From NCBI GenBank assembly GCA_053919585.1, contig CM132807.1: DNA of 64,000 nucleotides; one strand, given 5' to 3'. Under the pieces are notes generated by a model. It was not told the origin of the DNA. It saw nothing but the letters and a program-made list of their open reading frames with translations, and searched no databases. Every line of letters starts with the position of its first letter. Position 1 is the first letter of the stretch. The stretch comes from Euprymna scolopes. Its lineage: Eukaryota. Of the stretch, positions 30,001 through 43,247 are shown piece after piece. Both the position numbers and the translations under genes were made by a program.

Positions 30001-33000
30001 ATGTAATACTAAAAAAGACGTAATGAAAAAAAAGATGTAATACTAAAAAAGACGTAATTATAAAAAAAGATGTAATACTAAAAAAGACGTAATGATAAAA
30101 AAGATGTAATACTAAAAAAGACGTAATGATAGAAAAGATGTAATACTAAAAAAGACGTAATGATAGAAAAGATGTAATACTAAAAAAGACGTAATGATAA
30201 AAAAAGATGTAATACTAAAAAAGACGTAATGATAAAAAAGATGTAATACTAAAAAAGACGTAATGATAGAAAAGATGTAATACTAAAAAAGACGTAATGA
30301 TAAAAATAGATGTAATACTAAAAAAGACGTAATGATAAAAAAGATGTAATACTAAAAAGACGTAATGATAAAAAAAGATGTAACACTAAAAAAGATGTAA
30401 TGAAAAAAAAAGATGTAATACTAAAAAGACGTAATGATAAAAAAAGATGTAACACTAAAAAAGATGTAATGATAAAAAAAGATGTAATACTAAAAAAGAC
30501 GTAATGATAAAAAAAGATGTAATACTAAAAAAGACGTAATGATAAAAAAGATGTAATACTAAAAAGACGTAATGATAAAAAAAGATGTAATACTAAAAAA
30601 GACGTAATGATAAAAAAGATGTAATACTAAAAAAGTCGTAATTATAAAAAAAGATGTAATACTAAAAAAGACGTAATGATAAAAAAGATGTAATACTAAA
30701 AAAGACGTAATGATAAAAAAAGATGTAATACTAAAAAAGAGGTAATGATAAAAAAAGATGTAATACTAAAAAAGACGTAATGAAAAAACAAGGTGTAATA
30801 CTAAAAAAGACGTAATGATAAAAAAAGATGTAATGATAAAAAAGACGTAATGATAGAAAAGATGTAATACTAAAAAAGACGTAATGATAAAAAAAGATGT
30901 AATACTAAAAAAGACGTAATGATAAAAAAGATGTAATACTAAAAAGACGTAATGATAAAAAAAGATGTAACACTAAAAAAGATGTAATGAAAAAAAAGAT
31001 GTAATACTAAAAAAGACGTAATGATAAAAAAGGTGTAATACTAAAAAAGACGTAATGATAAAAAAGATGTAATACTAAAAAAGACGTAATGAAAAAAAGA
31101 TGTAATACTAAAAAAGACGTAATGATAAAAAAAGATGTAATACTAAAAAAGACATAATGATAAAAATAGATGTAATACTAAAAAAGACGTAATGATAAAA
31201 AAGATGTAATACTAAAAAGACGTAATGATAAAAAAAGATGTAACACTAAAAAAGATGTAATGAAAAAAAAAGATGTAATACTAAAAAGACGTAATGATAA
31301 AAAAAGATGTAACACTAAAAAAGATGTAATGAAAAAAAAGATGTAACACTAAAAAAGACGTAATTATAAAAAAAGATGTAAAAAAAAAAAAGACGTAATT
31401 ATAAAAAAAGATGTAAAAAAAATGTAAAAAGATGTAATACTAAAAAAGACGTAATTAAAAAAAAGATGTAATACTAAAAAAGACGTAATGATAAAAAAGA
31501 TGTAATACTAAAAAAGACGTAATGATAAAAAAAGATGTAATACTAAAAAAGACGTAATGATAAAAAAGATGTAATACTAAAAAAGACGTAATGAAAAAAA
31601 AGATGTAATACTAAAAAGACGTAATGATAAAAAAGATGTAATACTAAAAAAGACGTAATGATAAAAAAAGGTGTAATACCAAAAAAGACGTAATGATAAA
31701 AAGATGTAATACTAAAAAAGACGTAATAATAAAAAAGATGTAATACTAAAAAAGACGTAATAATAAAAAAAAGATGTAATACTAAAAAAGACGTAATGAT
31801 AAAAAAAAGATGTAATACTAAAAAAGACGTAATGATAAAAAAACGTGTAATACTAAAAAAGACGTAATGATAAAAAAAGATGTAATACTAAAAAAGACGT
31901 AATGAAAAAAAAGATGTAATACTAAAAAAGACGTAATGATAAAAAAAGATGTAATACTAAAAAAGACGTAATGAAAAAAAAGATGTAATACTAAAAAAGA
32001 CGTAATTATAAAAAAAGATGTAATACTAAAAAAGACGTAATGATAAAAAAAGATGTAATACTAAAAAAGACGTAATGATAAAAAAAGATGTAATACTAAA
32101 AAAGACGTAATGATAAAAAAGATGTAATACTAAAAAAGACGTAATGATAGAAAAGATGTAATACTAAAAAAGACGTAATGATAAAAATAGATGTAATACT
32201 AAAAAAGACGTAATGATAAAAAAGATGTAATACTAAAAAGACGTAATGATAAAAAAAGATGTAACACTAAAAAAGATGTAATGAAAAAAAAAGATGTAAT
32301 ACTAAAAAGACGTAATGATAAAAAAAGATGTAACACTAAAAAAGATGTAATGATAAAAAAAGATGTAATACTAAAAAAGACGTAATGATAAAAAAAGATG
32401 TAATACTAAAAAAGACGTAATGATAAAAAAGATGTAATACTAAAAAGACGTAATGATAAAAAAAGATGTAATACTAAAAAAGACGTAATGATAAAAAAGA
32501 TGTAATACTAAAAAAGACGTAATTATAAAAAAAGATGTAATACTAAAAAAGACGTAATGATAAAAAAGATGTAATACTAAAAAAGACGTAATGATAAAAA
32601 AAGATGTAATACTAAAAAAGAGGTAATGATAAAAAAAGATGTAATACTAAAAAAGACGTAATGAAAAAACAAGATGTAATACTAAAAAAGACGTAATGAT
32701 AAAAAAAGATGTAATGATAAAAAAGACGTAATGATAGAAAAGATGTAATACTAAAAAAGACGTAATGATAAAAAAAGATGTAATACTAAAAAAGACGTAA
32801 TGATAAAAAAGATGTAATACTAAAAAGACGTAATGATAAAAAAAGATGTAACACTAAAAAAGATGTAATGAAAAAAAAGATGTAATACTAAAAAAGACGT
32901 AATGATAAAAAAGGTGTAATACTAAAAAAGACGTAATGATAAAAAAGATGTAATACTAAAAAAGACGTAATGATAAAAAAGATGTAATACTAAAACACGT

Positions 33001-36000
33001 AATGATAAAAAAGATGTAATACTAAAAAGACGTAATGATAAAAAAGATGTAATACTAAACAAGACGTAATGATAAAAAAAGGTGTAATACCAAAAAAGAC
33101 GTAATGATAAAAAGATGTAATACTAAAAAAGACGTAATGATAAAAAAAGATGTAATACTAAAAAAGACGTAATGAAAAAAAAGATGTAATACTAAAAAAG
33201 ACGTAATGATAAAAAAAGATGTAATACTAAAAAAGACGTAATGAAAAAAAAAGATGTAATACTAAAAAAGACGTAATTATAAAAAAGATGTAATACTAAA
33301 AAAGACGTAATGATAAAAACGATGTAATACTAAAAAAGACGTAATGATAAAAAAAGATGTAATACTAAAAAAGACGTAATGATAAAAAAGATGTAATACT
33401 AAAAAAGACGTAATGATAAAAAAGATGTAATACTAAAAAAGACGTAATGATAGAAAAGATGTAATACTAAAAAAGACGTAATGATAAAAAAAGGTGTAAT
33501 ACTAAAAAAGACGTAATGATAAAAAAGATGTAATACTAAAAAGACGTAATGATAAAAAAAGATGTAACACTAAAAAAGATGTAATGAAAAAAAAAGATGT
33601 AATACTAAAAAAGACGTAATGATAAAAAAAGATGTAATACTAAAAAAGACGTAATGATAAAAAAGATGTAATGATAAAAAAGATGTAATACTAAAAAAGA
33701 CGTAATGATAAACAAGATGTAATACTAAAAAAGACGTAATGAAAAAAGATGTAATACTAAAAAAGACATAATGATAAAAAAGATGTAATACTAAAAAAGA
33801 CGTAATGATAAAAAAGATGTAATACTAAAAAAGACGTAATGAAAAAACAAGATGTAATACTAAAAAGACGTAATGATAAAAAAAGATGTAATACTAAAAA
33901 AGATGTAATGAAAAAAAAGATGTAATACTAAAAAAGACGTAATTATAAAAAAAAGATGTAATACTAAAAAATACGTAATGAAAAAAAGATGTAATACTAA
34001 AAAAGACGTAATGATAAAAAAAGATGTAATACTAAAAAAGACGTAATGATAAAAACAGATGTAATACTAAAAAAGACGTAATAATAAAAAAGATGTAATA
34101 CTAAAAAAGACGTAATGATAAAAAAAAGATGTAATACTAAAAAAGACGTAATGATAAAAAAAAGATGTAATACTAAAAAAGACGTAATGATAAAAAAACG
34201 TGTAATACTAAAAAAGACGTAATGATAAAAAAAGATGTAATACTAAAGACGTAATGAAAAAAAGATGTAATACTAAAAAAGACGTAATGATAAAAAAAGA
34301 TGTAATACTAAAAAAGACGTAATGATAAAAAAAGATGTAATACTAAAAAAGACGTAATGAAAAAAAAGATGTAATACTAAAAAAGACGTAATGATAAAAA
34401 AAGATGTAATACTAAAAAAGACGTAATGAAAAAAAAGATGTAATTATAAAAATTATAAAATGTAATACTAAAAAAGACGTAATTATAAAAAAAGATGTAA
34501 TACTAAAAAAGACGTAATGATAAAAAAGATGTAATACTAAAAAAGACGTAATGATAAAAAAGATGTAATACTAAAAAAGACGTAATGATAAAAAAGATGT
34601 AATACTAAAAAAGACGTAATGATAGAAAAGATGTAATACTAAAAAAGACGTAATGATAAAAAAAGATGTAATACTAAAAAAGACGTAATGATAAAAAAGA
34701 TGTAATACTAAAAAGACGTAATGATAAAAAAAGATGTAATACTAAAAAAGACGTAATGATAAAAAAGATGTAATACTAAAAAAGACGTAATTATAAAAAA
34801 AGATGTAATACTAAAAAAGACTTAATGATAAAAAAGATGTAATACTAAAAAAGACGTAATGATAAAAAAAGATGTAATACTAAAAAAGACGTAATGATAA
34901 AAAAAGATGTAATACTAAAAAAGACGTAATGAAAAAACAAGATGTAATACTAAAAAAGACGTAATGATAAAAAAGATGTAATGATAAAAAAGACGTAATG
35001 ATAGAAAAGATGTAATACTAAAAAAGACGTAATGATAAAAAAAGATGTAATACTAAAAAAGACGTAATGATAAAAAAGATGTAATACTAAAAAGACGTAA
35101 TGATAAAAAAAGATGTAACACTAAAAAAGATGTAATGAAAAAAAAGATGTAATACTAAAAAAGACGTAATGATAAAAAAAACGTGTAATACTAAAAAAGA
35201 CGTAATGATAAAAAAGATGTAATACTAAAAAAGACGTAATGATAAAAAAGACGTAATGATAGAAAAGATGTAATACTAAAAAAGACGTAATGATAAAAAA
35301 AGATGTAATACTAAAAAAGACGTAATGATAAAAAAGATGTAATACTAAAAAGACGTAATGATAAAAAAAGATGTAACACTAAAAAAGATGTAATGAAAAA
35401 AAAGATGTAATACTAAAAAAGACGTAATGATAACAAAAACGTGTAATACTAAAAAAGACGTAATGATAAAAAAGATGTAATACTAAAAAAGACGTAATGA
35501 TAAAAAAGATATAATACTAAAACACGTAATGATAATAAAGATGTAATACTAAAAAGACGTAATGATAAAAAAGATGTAATACTTAAAAAGACGTAATGAT
35601 AAAAAAAGGTGTAATACCAAAAAAGACGTAATGATAAAAAGATGTAATACTAAAAAAGACGTAATAATAAAAAAGATGTAATACTAAAAAAGACGTAATG
35701 ATAAAAAAAAGATGTAATACTAAAAAAGACGTAATGATAAAAAAAAGATGTAATACTAAAAAAGACGTAATGATAAAAAAAGATGTAATACTAAAAAAGA
35801 CGTAATGATAAAAAAAGATGTAATACTAAAAAAGACGTAATGAAAAAAAAGATGTAATACTAAAAAAGACGTAAAGATAAAAAAAGATGTAATACTAAAA
35901 AAGACGTAATGAAAAAAAAGATGTAATACTAAAAAAGACGTAATTATAAAAAAGATGTAATACTAAAAAAGACGTAATGATAAAAAAGATGTAATACTAA

Positions 36001-39000
36001 AAATGACGTAATGATAAAAAAAGATGTAATACTAAAAAAGACGTAATGATAAAAAAGATGTAATACTAAAAAAGACGTAATGATAGAAAAGATGTAATAC
36101 TAAAAAAGACGTAATGATAAAAAAAGATGTAATACTAAAAAAGACGTAATGATAAAAAAGATGTAATACTAAAAAGACGTAATGATAAAAAAAGATGTAA
36201 CACTAAAAAAGATGTAATGAAAAAACAAGATGTAATACTAAAAAGACGTAATGATAAAAAAAGATGTAATACTAAAAAAGATGTAATGAAAAAAAAGATG
36301 TAATACTAAAAAAGACGTAATGAAAAAAAAGATGTAATACTAAAAAAGACGTAATTATAAAAAAAAGATGTAATACTAAAAAATACGTAATGAAAAAAAG
36401 ATGTAATACTAAAAAAGACGTAGTGATAAAAAAAGATGTAATACTAAAAAAGACGTAATGATAAAAACAGATGTAATACTAAAAAGACGTAATGATAGAA
36501 AAGATGTAATACTAAAAAAGACGTAATGATAAAAAAAGATGTAATACTAAAAAAGACGTAATGATAAAAAAGGTGTAATACTAAAAAGACGTAATGATAA
36601 AAAAAGATGTAATACTAAAAAAGACGTAATGATAAAAAAGATGTAATACTAAAAAAGACGTAATTATAAAAAAAGATGTAATACTAAAAAAGACGTAATG
36701 ATAAAAAAGATGTAATACTAAAAAAGACGTAATGATAAAAAAAGATGTAATACTAAAAAAGACGTAATGATAAAAAAAGATGTAATACTAAAAAAGACGT
36801 AATGAAAAAACAAGATGTAATACTAAAAAAGACGTAATGATAAAAAAAGCTGTAATGACAAAAAAGACGTAATGATAGAAAAGATGTAATACTAAAAAAG
36901 ACGTAATGATAAAAAAAGATGTAATACTAAAAAAGACGTAATGATAAAAAAGATGTAATACTAAAAAGACGTAATGATAAAAAAAGATGTAACACTAAAA
37001 AAGATGTAATGAAAAAAAAGATGTAATACTAAAAAAGACGTAATGATAAAAAAAACGTGTAATACTAAAAAAGACGTAATGATAAAAAAGATGTAATACT
37101 AAAAAAGACGTAATGATAAAAAAGATGTAATACTAAAACACGTAATGATAATAAAGATGTAATACTAAAAAGACGTAATGATAAAAAAGATGTAATACTA
37201 AAAAAGACGTAATGATAAAAAAACGTGTAATACTAAAAAAGACGTAATGATAAAAAAGATGTAATACTAAAAAAGACGTAATGAAAAAAAGATGTAATAC
37301 TAAAAAAGACGTAATGATAAAAATAGATGTAATACTAAAAAAGACGTAATGATAAAAAAGATGTAATACTAAAAAGACGTAATGATAAAAAAAGATGTAA
37401 CACTAAAAAAGATGTAATGAAAAAAAAAGATGTAATACTAAAAAGACGTAATGATAAAAAAAGATGTAACACTAAAAAAGATGTAATGAAAAAAAAGATG
37501 TAACACTAAAAAAGACGTAATTATAAAAAAAGATGTAAAAAAAAAAGACGTAATTATAAAAAAAGATGTAAAAAAAATGTAAAAAGATGTAATACTAAAA
37601 AAGACGTAATTAAAAAAAAAGATGTAATACTAAAAAAGACGTAATGATAAAAAAGATGTAATACTAAAAAAGACGTAATGATAAAAAAGATGTAATACTA
37701 AAAAAGACGTAATGATAAAAAAGATGTAATACTAAAAAGACGTAATGATAAAAAAGATGTAATACTAAAAAAGACGTAATGATAAAAAAAGGTGTAATAC
37801 CAAAAAAGACGTAATGATAAAAAGATGTAATACTAAAAAAGACGTAATAATAAAAAAGATGTAATACTAAAAAAGACGTAATAATAAAAAAAAGATGTAA
37901 TACTAAAAAAGACGTAATGATAAAAAAAAGATGTAATACTAAAAAAGACGTAATGATAAAAAAACGTGTAATACTAAAAAAGACGTAACGATAAAAAAAG
38001 ATGTAATACTAAAAAAGACGTAATGAAAAAAAAGATGTAATACTAAAAAAGACGTAATGATAAAAAAAGATGTAATACTAAAAAAGACGTAATGAAAAAA
38101 AAGATGTAATACTAAAAAAGACGTAATTATAAAAAAAGATGTAATACTAAAAAAGACGTAATGATAAAAAAGATGTAATACTAAAAAAGACGTAATGATA
38201 AAAAAAGATGTAATACTAAAAAAGACGTAATGATAAAAAAGATGTAATACTAAAAAAGACGTAATGATAGAAAAGATGTAATACTAAAAAAGACGTAATG
38301 ATAAAAATAGATGTAATACTAAAAAAGACGTAATGATAAAAAAGATGTAATACTAAAAAGACGTAATGATAAAAAAAGATGTAACACTAAAAAAGATGTA
38401 ATGAAAAAAAAAGATGTAATACTAAAAAGACGTAATGATAAAAAAAGATGTAACACTAAAAAAGATGTAATGATAAAAAAAGATGTAATACTAAAAAAGA
38501 CGTAATGATAAAAAAAGATGTAATACTAAAAAAGACGTAATGAAAAAAAAGATGTAATACTAAAAAAGACGTAATGATAAAAAAAGATGTAATACTAAAA
38601 AAGACGTAATGAAAAAAAAGATGTAATTATAAAAATTATAAAATGTAATACTAAAAAAGACGTAATTATAAAAAAAGATGTAATACTAAAAAAGACGTAA
38701 TGATAAAAAAGATGTAATACTAAAAAAGACGTAATGATAAAAAAGATGTAATACTAAAAAAGACGTAATGATAAAAAAGATGTAATACTAAAAAAGACGT
38801 AATGATAGAAAAGATGTAATACTAAAAAAGACGTAATGATAAAAAAAGATGTAATACTAAAAAAGACGTAATGATAAAAAAGATGTAATACTAAAAAGAC
38901 GTAATAGTAAAAAAAGATGTAATACTAAAAAAGACGTAATGATAACAAAGATGTAATACTAAAAAAGACGTAATTATAAAAAAAGATGTAATACTAAAAA

Positions 39001-42000
39001 AGACTTAATGATAAAAAAGATGTAATACTAAAAAAGACGTAATGATAAAAAAAGATGTAATACTAAAAAAGACGTAATGATAAAAAAAGATGTAATACTA
39101 AAAAAGACGTAATGAAAAAACAAGATGTAATACTAAAAAAGACGTAATGATAAAAAAGATGTAATGATAAAAAAGACGTAATTATAGAAAAGATGTAATA
39201 CTAAAAAAGAGGTAATTATAAAAAAAGATGTAATACTAAAAAAGACGTAATGATAAAAAAGATGTAATACTAAAAAGACGTAATGATAAAAAAAGATGTA
39301 ACACTAAAAAAGATGTAATGAAAAAAAAGATGTAATACTAAAAAAGACGTAATGATAAAAAAAACGTGTAATACTAAAAAAGACGTAATGATAAAAAAGA
39401 TGTAATACTAAAAAAGACGTAATGATAAAAAAGACGTAATGATAGAAAAGATGTAATACTAAAAAAGACGTAATGATAAAAAAAGATGTAATACTAAAAA
39501 AGACGTAATGATAAAAAAGATGTAATACTAAAAAGACGTAATGATAAAAAAAGATGTAACACTAAAAAAGATGTAATGAAAAAAAAGATGTAATACTAAA
39601 AAAGACGTAATGATAAAAAAAACGTGTAATACTAAAAAAGACGTAATGATAAAAAAGATGTAATACTAAAAAAGACGTAATGATAAAAAAGATGTAATAC
39701 TAAAACACGTAATGATAATAAAGATGTAATACTAAAAAGACGTAATGATAAAAAAGATGTAATACTAAAAAAGACGTAATGATAAAAAAAGGTGTAATAC
39801 CAAAAAAGACGTAATGATAAAAAGATGTAATACTAAAAAAGACGTAATAATAAAAAAGATGTAATACTAAAAAAGACGTAATGATAAAAAAAGATGTAAT
39901 ACTAAAAAAGACGTAATGATAAAAAAAAGATGTAATACTAAAAAAGACGTAATGATAAAAAAAGATGTAATACTAAAAAAGACGTAATGATAAAAAAAGA
40001 TGTAATACTAAAAAAGACGTAATGAAAAAAAAGATGTAATACTAAAAAAGACGTAAAGATAAAAAAAGATGTAATACTAAAAAAGACGTAATGAAAAAAA
40101 AGATGTAATACTAAAACAGACGTAATTATAAAAAAAGATGTAATACTAAAAAAGACGTAATGATAAAAAAGATGTAATACTAAAAAAGACGTAATGATAA
40201 AAAAAGATGTAATACTAAAAAAGACGTAATGATAAAAAAGATTTAATACTAAAAAAGACGTAATGATAGAAAAGATGTAATACTAAAAAAGACGTAATGA
40301 TAAAAAAAGATGTAATACTAAAAAAGACGTAATGATAAAAAAGATGTAATACTAAAAAGACGTAATGATAAAAAAAGATGTAACACTAAAAAAGATGTAA
40401 TGAAAAAACAAGATGTAATACTAAAAAGACGTAATGATAAAAAAAGATGTAATACTAAAAAAGATGTAATGAAAAAAAAGATGTAATACTAAAAAAGACG
40501 TAATGAAAAAAAAGATGTAATACTAAAAAAGACGTAATTATAAAAAAAAGATGTAATACTAAAAAATACGTAATGAAAAAAAGATGTAATACTAAAAAAG
40601 ACGTAATGATAAAAAAAGATGTAATACTAAAAAAGACGTAATGATAAAAACAGATGTAATACTAAAAAAGACGTAATGAAAAAAAGATGTAATTATAAAA
40701 ATTATAAAATGTAATACTAAAAAAGACGTAATTATAAAAAAAGATGTAATACTAAAAAAGACGTAATGATAAAAAAAGATGTAATACTAAAAAAGACGTA
40801 ATGATAAAAAAAGATGTAATACTAAAAAAGACGTAATGATAAAAAAGATGTAATACTAAAAAAGACGTAATGAAAAAACAAGATGTAATACTAAAAAAGA
40901 CGTAATGATAAAAAAAGATGTAATACTAAAAAAGACGTAATGATAAAAAAAGATGTAATACTAAAAAAGACGTAATGATAAAAAAGATGTAATACTAAAA
41001 AAGACGTAATGATAAAAAAGATGTAATACTAAAAAGACGTAATGATAGAAAAGATGTAATACTAAAAAAGACGTAATGATAAAAAAAGATGTAATACTAA
41101 AAAAGACGTAATGATAAAAAAGATGTAATACTAAAAAGACGTAATGATAAAAAAGATGTAATACTAAAAAAGACGTAATGATAAAAAAGATGTAATACTA
41201 AAAAAGACGTAATTATAAAAAAAGATGTAATACTAAAAAAGACGTAATGATAAAAAAGATGTAATACTAAAAAAGACGTAATGATAAAAAAAGATGTAAT
41301 ACTAAAAAAGACGTAATGATAAAAAAAGATGTAATACTAAAAAAGACGTAATGAAAAAACAAGATGTAATACTAAAAAAGACGTAATGATAAAAAAAGAT
41401 GTAATGATAAAAAAGACGTAATGATAGAAAAGATGTAATACTAAAAAAGACGTAATGATAAAAAAAGATGTAATACTAAAAAAGACGTAATGATAAAAAA
41501 GATGTAATACTAAAAAGACGTAATGATAAAAAAAGATGTAACACTAAAAAAGATGTAATGAAAAAAAAGATGTAATACTAAAAAAGACGTAATGATAAAA
41601 AAACGTGTAATACTAAAAAAGACGTAATGATAAAAAAGATGTAATACTAAAAAAGACGTAATTATAAAAAAGATGTAATACTAAAACACGTAATGATAAT
41701 AAAGATGTAATACTAAAAAGACGTAATGATAAAAAAGATGTAATACTAAAAAAGACGTAATGATAAAAAAACGTGTAATACTAAAAAAGACGTAATGATA
41801 AAAAAGATGTAATACTAAAAAAGACGTAATGAAAAAAAGATGTAATACTAAAAAAGACGTAATGATAAAAAAAGATGTAATACTAAAAAAGACGTAATGA
41901 TAAAAATAGATGTAATACTAAAAAAGACGTAATGATAAAAAAGATGTAATACTAAAAAGACGTAATGATAAAAAAAGATGTAACACTAAAAAAGATGTAA

Positions 42001-43178
42001 TGAAAAAAAAAGATGTAATACTAAAAAGACGTAATGATAAAAAAAGATGTAACACTAAAAAAGATGTAATGAAAAAAAAGATGTAACACTAAAAAAGACG
42101 TAATTATAAAAAAAGATGTAAAAAAAAAAGACGTAATTATAAAAAAAGATGTAAAAAAAATGTAAAAAGATGTAATACTAAAAAAGACGTAATTAAAAAA
42201 AAAGATGTAATACTAAAAAAGACGTAATGATAAAAAAGATGTAATACTAAAAAAGACGTAATGATAAAAAAAGATGTAATACTAAAAAAGACGTAATGAT
42301 AAAAAAGATGTAATACTAAAAAAGACGTAATGAAAAAAAAGATGTAATACTAAAAAGACGTAATGATAAAAAAGATGTAATACTAAAAAAGACGTAATGA
42401 TAAAAAAAGGTGTAATACCAAAAAAGACGTAATGATAAAAAGATGTAATACTAAAAAAGACGTAATAATAAAAAAGATGTAATACTAAAAAAGACGTAAT
42501 AATAAAAAAAAGATGTAATACTAAAAAAGACGTAATGATAAAAAAAAGATGTAATACTAAAAAAGACGTAATGATAAAAAAACGTGTAATACTAAAAAAA
42601 ACGTAATGATAAAAAAAGATGTAATACTAAAAAAGACGTAATGAAAAAAAAGATGTAATACTAAAAAAGACGTAATGATAAAAAAGATGTAATACTAAAA
42701 AAGACGTAATGAAAAAAAAGATGTAATACTAAAAAAGACGTAATTATAAAAAAAGATGTAATACTAAAAAAGACGTAATGATAAAAAAGATGTAATACTA
42801 AAAAAGACGTAATGATAAAAAAAGATGTAATACTAAAAAAGACGTAATGATAAAAAAGATGTAATACTAAAAAAGACGTAATGATAGAAAAGATGTAATA
42901 CTAAAAAAGACGTAATGATAAAAATAGATGTAATACTAAAAAAGACGTAATGATAAAAAAGATGTAATACTAAAAAGACGTAATGATAAAAAAAGATGTA
43001 ACACTAAAAAAGATGTAATGAAAAAAAAAGATGTAATACTAAAAAGACGTAATGATAAAAAAAGATGTAACACTAAAAAAGATGTAATGAAAAAAAAGAT
43101 GTAACACTAAAAAAGACGTAATTATAAAAAAAGATGTAAAAAAAAAAGACGTAATTATAAAAAAAGATGTAAAAAAAA

Positions 43179-43247
<69 letters not shown>

